The position numbers and the translations under genes were made by a program. A stretch of 64,000 nt of DNA, taken from assembly GCF_009914755.1 (NCBI RefSeq), contig NC_060935.1; one strand, 5' to 3'. Positions 12,366 to 26,529 of the stretch are shown one piece after another (within the stretch, counting starts at the first letter, position 1; every line of letters begins with the position of its first letter). The stretch is from the human T2T-CHM13v2.0 reference genome, Homo sapiens. The notes below the pieces were generated by a model. That model had not been told where the DNA came from, did no database searches, and saw nothing but the letters and a program-made list of their open reading frames with translations.

Positions 12366-13880
12366 TTTATTCATCAAAAATATTTTTAAAATTATTAGGT
12401 GATTACATGTGTTACAGTGACCAGCTGGATTAGAATTAGATTAGGTTTAAAGCGATGGAAAGAATCTGGGAGAGGGGGCAGAGTGTTGGTTGTTAATTAG
12501 CACATGGATCAAAGGAGATTACTGATGTGTTTAGAAGCCACAACATTGACAGGATAAAAGCCGGAACTAACAATCCAATTGTAAATCTCTTCACTGTGGT
12601 ATTTTCTGCCATTTCTGCTCCATAAGACACACCTTAACCACTTTGTCATGGTATCTGCAGTATTCTATTTTAGTCTAAATAGCATTTTCTCTCAAATGCA
12701 TTCTGTTTCTCTCTCCTTCATCTTCCCTCCCTTCTTCCTTCCAGCTGTATTTTTTCACTAGAGAACACTAGTAGAATGTTCTTCCAAATTTCAGATTTCA
12801 GATACGCATCTGTAAAATAATCTTATGGAGACACATTTTAGTTGCTACTGAATAATTGGTTGTTTTCATAGGTTCACAGCATTACTACTGTCCTCCAAAA
12901 AACGGTTTCCCATTTCCACAGCTAATCTCATCATTGACTCTGCCATCCAAGTTTATTCTATGCCACTCTGGAAGAATCTGGAAAAATACTTAAAATACAT
13001 TTTAAGTATTCATCATGCACATGTATTGTATTTCATTTTATATAGTTCGGGTGAATCTCTTTCTCCACTAATTGTTTGCATCTCAATTCTTGTATCATGT
13101 TTTTTGAAACACAGAAGTCGTTATTAATATAAACCGACTAATTTTTTTAATTGTTAATTTTTGTCCTGGTTAAGAAATCCTTATGAGAATATTGTATCAG
13201 GACTTGAATCTTCAGGACTTGAATCTATTTGGAAATGACTGTGTGTGTTTTGAGGTAGGAGTCAATATTTAGTTGTTTTTTAAAATTCAATTAATCCAGC
13301 ATTGTTCTGACCACCTTGTGTATTTCAATGTAGAAGAGCACACTAATGCAGGATTGTTTATCTATGTGGTGAGAATTCCGAAATGAAGCCCAGCATGGAA
13401 GATCAAATAATATTAACTCAAAGGATAGATTAGTAAAATGAAATGTGATGGATAAGTGCAATATAGTTAGGTAAAGAGAAAGAAAAACATTTCCCAGCTA
13501 TCAAGACTTCACTCCAAGCTTTTGCATGAAGCAAAAGATCCCGACTCTCTTCCATTGATTTTAACTCCATTCAGACATGTCTGTCATCTATTATTTCACT
13601 CAGTGGCAGTCAGAAATAAAGAAAAAAAAAAACAGAATATACTGTATGCCATGATCACGAATAATGATTTCTCAAAAATTAATAAAGAACCAATACATAT
13701 ACTTTTAGTGTTTTTACCATTTTTAATAGTAACACAATAAATGAGTTTTAATAACATTAGGAGGCAGTTCAAGACATAAAACAGAACCTATTTGTCCTGT
13801 TTGATAAGGCACAAGGAAGAGGGCTTCCTGGAATAAAGGGATTCTCACAGCAGATGAACACATTTCTGATTTATCTCTGG

Positions 13881-16800
13881 TCAGAGGTGAATACACCGAA
13901 AGATAGGCCTGAGAGGAGGTGAGAAGGAGCAATTAGGGATGGTGTATATAAGGCAGCTTTGGTTAACATCAACGAAGCTCAGTTCTAGCTTCACAATCCA
14001 GGAATAATCCTATGCGGCTGGTAGTTCTTGGGATATATTGCAGTGTAAGTGGGGAGGTGGTAAAGAGACTGCACTGAATGTCATTCTTGACACATCCAAG
14101 ACTAAAGAGTCCCTCCCCTCCATATATATTGTCATTCTGATTCTTCCCTTTCCAATACTTATTACAGACACCAAAGGCCCAATTCCAAGAGTCCCCCACA
14201 TGGACCTCCCAGTAATATTTGCCAGAGGTGAAAGTCTGAGCACCCCATGCAAGAAAACTTGTAGGTGTTGCAGTGATATGGGGCGCATTTTGACGGTCAC
14301 ATCCAATACACATGCTTCTCAAATCTCCACATCGGAAGATATGACTGTTGGCTTCATTATGAGGCAGAGTAATATCCACTGCAAAATAAATAAATAAATA
14401 AATAAAAGAGAAAGAAACAAAACATGCATAGACATGTGTCAATAAGCAAAAATTGTTCTATCAAGAAGTTAATTTACCAGGAAATGTAGAGTCACAAGGA
14501 CACTTTTGCTTCTAACTTCTAATAAAGCATAGAGATGATTAACTACAAGACAAACAAAACACTAACCACAGGTATTAAAAATGTTTTGAAAACTTACTTA
14601 TTGAGAGCCAAATGTAAGACCAACTTCTTTCAATCCAATTTTCAAAGCAAAATTTGCACATTATATGCCCTAAATGCTATGCTATTATCAAGATCATTAT
14701 TTAGAAATGTTTCTTATTCTTAAAAACTAGTGCTATCATTTTGGAAAGAATGTGAAGATTTTCAGTTACTCAAGAACTGCTCTTGATGACTGGATAAAAA
14801 TCCGTAAGTACATGTCATAAGTGACAATTTAAAGCAGATTTCTGTAAAATCTTTTACCAGTCTCTCTGTGGTCCTCCATGCTAGCTTGGGGCTGAAGCTG
14901 GATTTTAAACTTATCATGTAGCTCTTCATATTGCAATTAAACTGAAGTTCTTCTTGTTTGTAATTTTACTTGTATTCACAAAATGGTTTCTTCTTTTTAT
15001 GTTTACCCATTAACTATTTTTTTTTGCAATACATGATACATATCCATTTAAAAAATTAAAAACCCTCAGCAATCCCCAGTAAACCATAATCCCAAAAAAA
15101 GTTCTTAGCTGTTCAAATGAATACACTAAGGAAATGTAAAATTTTGTATTTAACATTAAATAACTCACCTTCATTCTGAGCATTGTTCCATTTGCTCCTT
15201 TTTTAAATTTGCTACACTACTCCTTTTTCCCATTACATTACTCAGTACATATGAGGCCAAAATGTATTTGTTTTTCACTATCTTTCAAACTTAATGCTAT
15301 AAATCTGACTATACAGACACAGATACAAAAGGGTTGCATGATTATGTTGTTCACTTATGTCTATAAAGAAGTAAAATATTTGATAAATGGTGAAGTATTA
15401 CCCATGTGGTCCTAACAATAATAATATTTAGATAGTGGGAGTGCTGCCTGTGGGTGGAGACTTACCTCAGAATTGGATGAGCCTGTCCCTCAGTCCAGTG
15501 ATGGGCCCTGCACTGAGCTCTAGATTCAGAGGCTGGGGCATGTGCAGCAGCACGGACTCACTCCTGGAAGGAAAAACCTGCAGTTACAACATCTACAGCC
15601 ATAAAATAAACAAAAACCACTATTTCTATTTAAAAGACAGTTCATGAGAATCCTTTGAATCCACAAATTTGATTACTCAAAAATTATTCCTTCCTTTTTG
15701 GAATTAATTTCTATTTACAGTTTCCAAATTTTAAAGCATAGTGGGAGAGTCTGAGTCAGAATTCAGTCTGATCCTTCTTTTTTTTCTGCCCCACATGTGT
15801 AAGGTTCCTTAGCCTTATGGCCTTGAGAATATTTGGAAATGAAATTCTGAGTTCCACTTCTTGGCAGACTCCCCTGACATCTTTGTCTGAAATAGCGGGG
15901 TTCTGGGGAGACTGCTGCATCTGCTGCTTCCTTTTCAAGATAAAGAATGTGAAACTTGTTCTAGGCAGCTAGATCTGCCTTTTAGAAACAAGCCTCCCTA
16001 GAGACTTATACAGTTCTAATACTCCACAGTTTTTTCAACCTATTTTTCAGGACTGTTAACTGATATGTATGTAGGTATGAACAACAAATCATCAACTTTT
16101 TCACTGCTGAAATACTTCCCCCACTTCTCTCCTGCTTCCTCTGGTGACTTTCTCACCATCCACAAAACAAAACTTTATCTTTCACCTATGCAGGCTTTTA
16201 AGCAATAAAACAAAATCAGGAATAAACATTTTTTTTTATTTCACTATTTATTTATTTATTTATTTAGTGTTCTTGTCTTTTCTGGTGTGAGAGTGAAAGC
16301 AGATGCAAAAAAAAGGTAGAATCAATATCTTAATCATTTATGCCATGACTTTGGTAGAGCCTGCTTTGATATTCATGGAAACTGAAAGAATATATACTAA
16401 AATCTAGGTAAACACTCACCTGTGTAATATGTCTCCGAAACCCTGTAAAAAAAAATAGAAATATGTAGGACATTTCACAAGATGCACCTTTCACTAAGTT
16501 CAGTGTGAAATTTCGAGTCAGTATCTAAAGATATTATTTCCCTACCATCTGGAAAGCATTTTCTGTTTCTTCTGTAATGAAAATCCCAGTTAGTCGTTTT
16601 GTCATTAATTAATGTCCTGGTAAAGTCTGAGTCTTGAAGACATTCTCTCCAGAAGTGAAGGGAGAAGAGGCCCAGAGAGTCTATGCTCTGTGATAACTTC
16701 AAATAACCTACCCAGTCATCTTTCCCAGAACCTATTACCCAAATGAGTGGACCTCAAAATAATATTGATGTGAGCCTAGATTCCCAAAACTTCTGATCTT

Positions 16801-17997
16801 GCCATGTCCTCAAATTAACCTAAATGTAAATGAATCACTCACTATTTTATACATGTTAAACAACCCAAAATATATTATTGACTTAGATGGGGAATAGTTA
16901 TTGGGGCTGTCAGCTTGACCATTCCACAAAGTTTTGTGGCTGGTGGATAAAGTAGGAGGGACCTTTGGCCTGGTAGAATCCCTTGGCGGGGCTATACTCT
17001 CCCAACAAAGTAGCATTAGTTATGCGAATGTGTTTTTGGAAACACATCATGGAAATAAAGGTAGGGAGATGGATTTCAGCCATGAGGAATATACTTACAC
17101 ATGTGAATATTCAAAAACCTGAAACCACATTGTGAGTTTGTACCTGAAGTAGCTCCACATCTGGTTTATGGCACATTTCCTTCAGCTCCTCATACATTCC
17201 TCTTAAAATCTCCCTCCTATGAGCCATTTTGGCTTTACTTAAATGAAGTTGATGAAAAATATCTTTCCCCTTCTTTTTCAGCATCTCCAAATTATGTTTT
17301 TCTTCTTCATGGTGAAATGCAGCCATCTTCTGATACTCAGCTCTCATAGCTTCTAGCCTTAAATTCACATAATCCTGCAGTGATAATGGGTTAGTCAAAA
17401 GAGAAATGTATATATCCATCTCCTACTAAATCTCACTGATTCTGTTTGTCACTCGAACATCCAATAATTTAAACCTCAGTCTTGCTAGTTCTTAGAATCC
17501 ACAAAATTTTGTTCATTTCCTTTCTTTCTGTATAAAAATCAACATAGATGTATCTGACCAATTACATTAAATTTATTCAAGATAATGTGTTTTCTCAGAT
17601 AGTTGGAAATAAAAAAACACAATTTGAATTTCGCTATTCCAGCCAATATTTATGGAAAAGTAAGAACAGTTCATGCTTAAGAGTTGGAGTATAGAGCTAT
17701 AGTTACTAGAAAGGAAATAATTATTTCTATTTCTGAGATACGTAACAAGTTGCTTAAACTCATTATATGTGAAATGACCTTAGACTAGCATGTCCAGCTA
17801 AATGCATTTCACCCAGCAAAACCTATCTTAATAAGGCTGCATTTATGATTTGGCCATCTTTGTCTCTCTGAATTCATTTCCTTCCATTCTTTTTCTAAGT
17901 TATCCCATTCTGAAACATAGACTTCTTTGTGGTTCCTCAGGCCTCCAAATATACACAAACTCAAAATTACTGCATATGCTGTTCTCTCCAACTAGAA

Positions 17998-18042
<45 letters not shown>

Positions 18043-19903
18043 TATATACACGTTCATGGTCCACATATATGTATATACATACACACATTCGTGTTCCCTC
18101 TCCTCTTCAAAATTTCGTTCAAATTGAATTTTTCAGTGAGTCTTTTTTCTGACCACCCTATTTAAAAATCAGACACTAATCTCCAGTTTCTGGCCTCTAT
18201 TGTCCTTTTCTACTTCCCTGCTTGATTATTCTCCAACAAAGAACCTACCACACTCGAACACATCATGTATTGCACATATTTGCATGTTGACCATTTTTGC
18301 CTCTCTCATTTGGATTGTACGATTTGTGAGGACAAAGATGCTTTCTTTCTTCTATACTGTCAAATTTTCTAATTTAATATTCAACATAGACTAGGTTCTT
18401 ATGAAATACTTTTCAAAACACTAATATTAGCTATCATACCCTCAAAGTATACATCCACAAAGAGAAAATCATTTTTAATATTTCTCTGAAGTCCTTAGAG
18501 TTTTCCTTATATTTAGATACTAGTTCCCATATTTTGAGCATGTTTGCGTGTCTCCCTCAAGACACAAATCCATATTTCTCACCACTTTTCTCATCATATG
18601 TTATGTAGTATTCAATATTAATTAGTTGAGATTCTTAATTTCATGGTTGCCCTAGATTTCCCCTGTCACTCTTTCTGCCTCAAATTTTCCATACAATTCC
18701 AAATACTACTTGTCCACCAGCATTCAGATTAATGCTGACCCAGGCTCAGAAGGTTCACTTGAGCTTTCCATGACTGCCAAATGAATCTTGTGCCCAGCAT
18801 TTATCCAACCAGCACATATAGAATGCTGTGAGATGGCCCAGTTTCTGGTATCTGTTGGTGTATAGCTACAGGTTTGTATGAAAACAAACCAGCATGCTTT
18901 GGGTGACTTCAGTAGTTTTCTTAGAAATCCTTTCTAACAGTCATACTATTCTATATAAGAAATGAGGTCACTTTTTCTCAGTGTTTTCTTTTTTTTTTTT
19001 TATTGACTCCCAGAAACATTAGAGTTTGATAACAAGTTCCTATTTTAAGAGTCACCCATTTGCCCACCATAAGTTCCTGGAGAAGGTAGAAGGTAGAGTA
19101 GTACAGAACTAACCTTCCAGTGGCTGATTCTGGTGGTTTCCACATTCAGGTTTCTCTGATTTTCACAAGCTTTTTCCCATAAAGACTGCATTTTCTTTAA
19201 AAGCTTCTCCTGCAAAAGAGCCATAAATTGAAGCACCAGTGAAAACAATAAAGTAACATGCAGACCGTTTCATAGGGAGCGGGCTCAGAATGAGACAAGT
19301 AAGTCCCTAGGAAATGGCATTTCTTCTATTTCCCTTCTTCTTCGTCAAATCTCAGAGGTTTGAAGCTAAGAAAGCCCAAAAGTGAGCTGCTTAAAGGGAC
19401 TCAGGTTTGGCTTTACCCAATCTCCAAGAAAATAGACCCACAGGAATTTCATGTGTCATTTATAGAAATAGATCTTCAGAGGCATCACTTACCCGGTGTT
19501 CCTCAGCAGCCCACTCAATGGGACGGTGTCTGTGATACCGGTGCTCCTGAGAGCTGGAGCACAGCAAACAGAGCAGGCTCCTGTCCACTTCACAGAACAT
19601 CTTCTTTGTCTCCCTGTGAGTGCCACACATTTGCTCCTCAGAGCTCAGGAATAGCCAGAGACTGGCTTTTCTGGCAAGGGAAGCCATCTGCTTCAAATGA
19701 ATGTTAGTTTTGAGGTTTCTCTGCCATGTTGTCTTCATGCATTCAAAGCACTGAGTAAGAATTGGGATGTCTTGCCAGTTGAAGTAGAAACAGGGCCTGC
19801 AAAAGCTGTGCCCACAGTCTGTGGTGACCGGGTCTATGAAGTAGTTCATGCAGATGGGGCAGGTAATTTCCATCTGGAAGTCTTGCGAGATTCCAGAATT
19901 CAT
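13881..19903 (-). pseudogene. TRIM53AP: TRIM53 locus. Coding exons 19903-19493, 19209-19114, 17374-17144, 16442-16420, 15563-15466, 14378-13881; non-coding exon 1 about 22644-22488
   Basis: MNSGISQDFQMEITCPICMNYF; all splice sites GT-AG. TGA at codon 286 (15467-15469, CGA in TRIM49C). 2-bp deletion near 13980 in the SPRY exon (498 vs 500 bp). A vs B paralog not certain. Confidence 0.8.
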
Positions 19904-20349
19904 GCTTCTGAGGAAGAAAGAGCAACATGTCATTTTGGGGTCTGGGTCGATGAAAAGTTTCGGAACATGTGGAGATACCTGATAGCCCTATTTTCTTCTC
20001 TTGACAGTATTCATTAAAACACAGCACGCTATTTATTCTGTAACAAAAATAAAAATCTCACACAGAGAGAGTCTCTCGGCTTTACAGTAGATATTACTGA
20101 CTAGATGACTCACAACCCTTTATACTTTTATTTCCTGTCTGTAACACAATACCAATCTATTCAATTTCCCGTTTTCTGAATGTTGATCTGGAAATTGGGT
20201 TTGATTCTAAGTGGCCTAGAATAAATTGTAGTTGTTCCTATTCTTCTTTCATGTAACTGCTGAGTATGAAAGACTGGGAAAAACTGCCTTGGCCAAGGAA
20301 ATATGAGAAGATGGCTAGAGGGTCCTATGGCATATTTTTAGAGACACAA

Positions 20350-20460
20350 CAGTGGGGCAGCAAACCACCATGGCACATGTTTACCTGTGTAACAAGCCTG
20401 CATGTCCTGCACATTTATCTTAGGACTTAAAATAATATGAAATTAAAGTAAAATAAAAAA
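20350..20460 (+). mobile_element. Short L1 3'-end fragment in TRIM53 intron 1; homolog at about 54720-54820 (minus strand)
   Basis: gcagcaaaccaccatggcacatgtttacctgtgtaacaagcctgc followed by an A-rich tail. Confidence 0.75.
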
Positions 20461-20684
20461 CCAAACCAAAACAAAATAGAAAAACCAATCAACCAACCAA
20501 ATAAACAAAAAAACAGCAATTAAACCAATTTTGGTTTAATAGAAGAGAAAAACATAATTAAAGATATGGGGCCTTTTTATTTTCTCGTGGATTATATTAA
20601 CTTCTCCTAGGGATACCCAAACTCTGAACTAACATATAGTAGGATTTTTGTTAAACTCAGAGAGGTGTAATTACATCTCTATGG

Positions 20685-21770
20685 TGTGATGGCGAATTTT
20701 AGGTATCAGTGTGACTGGATTAACCAATACCTAGGGAACTGGTGCAGCATTGTTTCTGGGTGAGTCTGTGAAGGTGTTTCCAGAGGAGAGAGACATGTGA
20801 GTTGGTGAGCTGAGTGGGACCATCATCCCTCAATGTGAGTGGGCACCATTCAATCAGCTGGTAGCTCAGATAAAAGGAAAAAGCCAGAGAAAAGGCAATT
20901 TCCTCTTTCTTTCTCCTGAAGCTGGTTCTGAGGCTTTCAGCCTTGAGCTCAGTCAAGATACCGGTATCCTCAGGACATCAGCTTAAAGACAGCCTATATT
21001 AGAACTGCTCAGACTCTATAATCAAGCAAACGAATTTTCCTGATGAATTCCCTCTCAGGTAGAGTCATGTGTAGCTTGATGACAGATATATGTTCTGAGA
21101 AATGTGTAAGGAGGTTTTATTTATTTACTTTTTGAGATGGAGTCTCACTCTATCATCCAGGCTGGAGTGCAGTGGTGCAATCTCGGCTCACTGCAATCTC
21201 CGCCTCCAGGGTCAAAGCGAGTCTCCTGCCTTAGCCCCCTGAGTACCTGGGATTACCGGAACACCTCACTACACCTGGTAAATTTTTTCATTTTTTTTTC
21301 CTTTTTTTAGTAGAGACGAGGTTTCATCATATTGCCCAGGCTGGACCTGAACACCCGGCCTCAAGTGATGTGCCTGCCACAGCCTCCCAAAGTGCTGGGA
21401 TTACAGGCATGAGCCACTGTGCCCAGCCAGGCGGTTTTATTGTTTTGACATTATAGACTATACTTACACAAACCTAGATGGTATAGCCTGCTACACACCT
21501 ATGGTATACAGTACAGCCTGTTGCTCCTAGGCTGCAAAACTGTACAGCATGTTCTGTACGGTATACTGTAGGCAATTGTAACACAGTGGTAATTATTTAG
21601 TATGTAAACATATTTAAATACAGAAAAGGTACAGTAAACACACTGGTATTATAATCTTATGTGACCACCATGTGTGGTTTGTGGTTGACTGAAATGGCTC
21701 ATGAATGTATCTCTACATGTATACATATACATCCTATCATTCTGTCTGTCTGGAGAGCCCTGACTAATAT
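20685..21770 (+). mobile_element. Nested MLT2 LTR > Tigger3 > Alu in TRIM53 intron 1
   Basis: MLT2 start tgtgatggcgaattttaggtatca; Tigger3 about 21060-21710; MLT2 end about 21728-21770. Confidence 0.75.
21122..21428 (-). mobile_element. Alu (S-type) inside Tigger3
   Basis: Full Alu with TSD-like aggaggttttatt / aggcggttttatt. Confidence 0.9.
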
Positions 21771-22639
21771 ATAAACTATGGTCTTTGGCAATTTTAAGTC
21801 CTTTTCTTTACTCTCCTTTATTTGATAACACTGCTGAATTTTAGTGAAAGAAATGAAAAATCTTAGAATTGTAAATATTCTCCAGAGGTCATCTAAGTCA
21901 TTTTAAGGAATTTTTCATAGTTTAATAAGATTAAGACTCAAGTGAGATGGCAACCACCATCACGTATCAAATTATATCTTATAAATTTATTTGGTCAAAA
22001 AACTGTTTTGATTTCCAAACCAGGATGTTTTGGGGAGCTTTCTCATTTTTTTCAGTTTCACTGTTTTGCATCTCTCATCATTACCTTGCTAATTTAAAGT
22101 TATGTCTAAAAGCTGAATGAATGAATTAACATTCATTAATGTCTTCTCAATTCAATTGTTTAATATTAATGCACTCATTACACATATATTTACACACACT
22201 TATGTGCACATATATGTATTAATATCAACTCCATATGTTCATTATGCATACATATCTGTTGCAGCAAACACTAGATATTTCCATTTTTTCAAAACTATAT
22301 TGAAGAATGATAGAAAATGCAAAATAACAACAATTAGTATCCTCATAATTCATAAAATCTATAGTAAGAATATGAATTACAATGGTATCATTGTGTAGAT
22401 TTAAGATAATGAGATATTTTTAACACTCTAATTTATTATTTTATAAAGGAAAGAAGATATAATTTTATCAATATAAGTTTCACTCACCGCTGGGTTCTTT
22501 GAATGGTTCCCACAGTGATTCTTCCAGAAATAATTCTGTTAAGTACTCCTCAAGTTCTGGAGCTCATTCACCGCAGTACTGACTTTTAGAGGTCACCAAA
22601 ATACAGCTCCCTCTAAGTGTGCTCCTTCTCCTTTGGAGA

Positions 22640-22791
22640 AAACTGAGCTTGTCTCTTCTATGTCCTTTTATAAGAATCTGTGAAGACCACACCCACCTCT
22701 TTAACAGGGTGGAGTATTGAGAAAGGTAGAGGATAAGACGATTAGGTTTATGCAGTATTTAGAACACACCCTTGCACCACTGATTAAATTA
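22640..22791 (-). promoter_or_regulatory. TRIM53 promoter: DUX4-type motif, CACCC box, TATA, Inr
   Basis: TGATTAAATTA 22781-22791; ccacacccacc 22687-22697; TATAAAA 22666-22672 (minus); Inr TCAGTT at 22641-22646 (minus); exon-1 donor at 22487. Confidence 0.7.
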
Positions 22792-22964
22792 TCATCACTC
22801 CTTCATTCCAAAAAACCGTGACTGAAGTGAATCATATGTAACATAAATCCTATGAGATTACACATACACTAGAAATTAACTAAGATGCATTTTATACTGT
22901 TTATTGAGTTTCATCCAAGATGCAGGCATTCCTCTAAGGGCATATTTATTTATTCTAGAGAAAC

Positions 22965-23235
22965 TGTCTCCTTGTGGAGTGCAGTGGTACAATCATAGCT
23001 CACTGCAGCCTTGAATTCCAAGGCTCAGGGGATCCTCTTGCTTCAGCCTCCCAAGTAGCTAGGACTACAGTCTCACACCATCCCACTTGGCTAATGTTTT
23101 TTAAAACTTTTCATAGAGTCAGGGTATGGCTCTGTAGCCCAGGCTGTTCTCCAATTCCTGTCTTCAAATGATCCTCTGGTCTTGGACTTCCAAAGTGCTT
23201 GGGAGTACAGGCATAAACCACCTCTTCCAACCCTA
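22965..23235 (-). mobile_element. AluJ upstream of TRIM53
   Basis: Diverged dimeric Alu; homolog at 51932-52210. Confidence 0.8.
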
Positions 23236-23767
23236 AATGCTGCTTTAGTACATTTATAGGCTATTCCCAGAGAAGTCCAACAGGAAGATAAAACTTTTTT
23301 TATTTTCCACCACTCTAAGAGAAATCACTGATTAACCAAATAACCCCACTAATTTGAGGTCTCTTATTGAATTTACAAAACTTTGCCAATCTCATGGGTG
23401 AAATATAAATTATTATTTTAATGCTTTTCTCCACATAGTGCATGATGTTGTATGATGACTAGAAATGCAATGTAATAATTTGGGGATTATAAACAACTTT
23501 TAGGACGTAGGCTAATTCACAAATACAGAATCCAAATGATAGGGATGGATGATATTTTTCTTTCTATAACAAATATTTTTGTTGTCATGTGACAATTAAA
23601 AAAAGAAGAGATTTCAGAAGCGGCTACTCAAACATTTTCTGACAGAGGAATTCTTTGCCAATAGCCCCCACAAGACTTATAGTCAAGAGTGCTTATGTAT
23701 TTTCTCAGCTTATTTTATGTTTAACCACATACAAATCATGGAGAAAATGTATCTATGGTTATGTGCA

Positions 23768-24870
23768 ATAGTCCCCCTTATCCACATTTTTTCTTTTTTC
23801 TTTTATATATATAATATATAAAATATTATCTATAATATATAAAATATTATCTATAATATATAAAATATTATATATAATATATAAAATATTATATATAAAA
23901 TATTATATATAATATATAAAATATTATATATAAAATATAAAATATTATATATAATATATAAAATATTATATATAATATATAAAATATTATATATAAAATA
24001 TAAAAATATATATATACATATATATATAATTGTACTTAAAGTTCTAGGGTGCATGTGCAATGAGAACACAGTTTTTCTTTCTGAGGTTTGAGTTACCAGG
24101 GATCAAAACCTGGCCAAAAAATATTAAATTAAAAAAATCTACAAATAAACAGTTTCTAAGTTTTAAGTTCCCTGCTGTTCTGAATATCATGATGAAATCT
24201 TTTTCAGTCCTACTTTGTCCCACCTAGGACATGATTTATACCAGCACAATCATCAGTAACCTCTCAGATATCAATTTATTCAACTGCTATGGTATGGCAG
24301 TGCTTGTGTTGAAGTAATTCATTTCTTACTCAATAATGTCCCCAAATCACACAAGTAGTGATGCTGGTCATTCAAATATGCTAAAGAGAAGCCATAATAA
24401 AGTGCTTCTTTTAAATGAAAAGGTAAAAGTTTTCTACTCAAAAAGAAATGAAAAAAAATATGCTGAGGTTGTGGGTTGAATCTTTTACTCATAAAATTGT
24501 GAAGGAAGAAAAACAAATCCAAACAAGTTTTGCATTGCATTTCAAACAGCAGACGTTACAGCCGCAGTGTATAATAAGTGCTTATTTAAGATTATAAAAA
24601 CGGTCGTTAAATGTATGTAGAAAGCATGAACAAGAAATGTGTTCCAATGGATGGCAACATGTTTCCCCAGAAAGCATTGAACCTATATGAAGATTTTAGC
24701 AAAAGATCCCCTAAAACAAGTGACACTAAGCCATTTACTGCAAGTAAGGACAGTAACACAGATTCATGAAAACAGAAGGTCAATAGTAGCCTAAAGCTCA
24801 TGTCAGTGCCTACATCATTCACCTCATTTCAATTCATCATGTAGTTAACGTATCATCTCACATCATCATC
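23768..24870 (+). mobile_element. MER44/Tigger7-like DNA transposon interrupted by an L1 3' stub with an AT-rich tail
   Basis: tagtcccccttatcca...gtttgagttaccagggatcaa...gttctgaatatcatgatgaaatct matches recalled MER44; L1 stub tacttaaagttctagggtgcatgtgc at about 24033-24060. Confidence 0.6.
23800..24030. repeat. AT-rich tandem repeat with a unit of about 21 bp (tataatatataaaatattata)
   Basis: Directly visible; yields the periodic ORF ILYIIYN. Confidence 0.9.
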
Positions 24871-25609
24871 AGCTGTATATTCCATAATCATTTACATTCA
24901 ACATGTTGCGTTTTATCTCTTCATTTATTCCATATCTCAAAACCTGAGGAACAAGGTCATCTGTCTGGGATTTAAGTTACAGTATAGGAGATCACCTTAA
25001 ATAATTATTTATTCTTGTCTATAAGAAAATATTTCCATAATCATGTTTTTCTTGATTTACAAATCTTTCATGATTTTTTTTGACTATTACTTTATTTTTA
25101 TTTTCTATGCTCTCATCTGGATTTCTACAATAGGTATCTAAATGTCTTTCTGCCTTCAGAATAGCGTCTTTCCAACAAGCACTCTAACATTCTCAGTCCC
25201 ATGGGGAGACCACGAGGTCACATTCCTTTGATCCAATTTTACCCAGTTTCTGGCAATTCCTCCAATGCACTTCATGTTCTATCCTTTCTCATCAATTGGA
25301 CCTGTGAGTCTTTGCCTGAAAAGCTCCCCCCGTCTGGGCTCAATAGAGTGTCTTTTAAGTATAACCCATGGAATGTCTGCCTTGGGGCCCGTGATTGACC
25401 TAGCAGCACTTCCTCTGGGCTTCTCTAGTCCCTGTGTATTAACAATTTATTTTCTTGGCTAGTTATAGAAAAGTTTACTTGAACCATTCCTATGATACTT
25501 GAATTGGACCCTCATTGTAGTTTATGAGTGGCAAAGAAGGGTCTGAGTATTCCAGCAAAGAAGTATGTAAGGAACAAATTATGAGAAAACATTTAGGAAT
25601 AGGGAAAAA

Positions 25610-25952
<343 letters not shown>

Positions 25953-26529
25953 TCATAAACCAGGAGCATACTGAAACTGTTCTGATGTATTTGCATATGC
26001 TGGAATGATGATTGTGAGCTTGTCTAGAGACTTCAATGATTACTCTCCTTATAACAAAGCAGAAAGCCTTCCTTAGAATTATCTGGGCTGACATCATTCC
26101 TTGTCCAGACCTGTTAACAGACGTCTGCAACCCAGTGCTGTGAGTCTCAGTCCCAACAATGCAGAAGGCCTGAGATCCTACAGAAATTATCCCTGAATTT
26201 CTGAAGACTTTTAAGGCACAATAATTCATGGATCCTATGAATTTCATGTTTTTTAAAATATCAGATTATGTGAGGTTTTTGAACAAATTAACTTCCAGGA
26301 TGATATCCACCACCGAGACAGAAAATCAGTCTAAAGAATTATAATCTCAAAGTCCAGAATGATGAAAAAAAAATGTTTTTCTTAGAGCTTCCTTCTAAGT
26401 GTCTTCCATTTTTCTTGAGATATAAGTAGTAGAGAACAATCTCTGTCTGATACATCTGGCCTAGTCATATGTAAATTTATTAATTGTAGAAGAAAGAATT
26501 ATACTTCTAAAATAAAACGGCTACTTAAA

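Noticed and set aside
23851-24069. Periodic ILYIIYN ORF
   Set aside because: Translation of an AT-rich tandem repeat next to an L1 stub.
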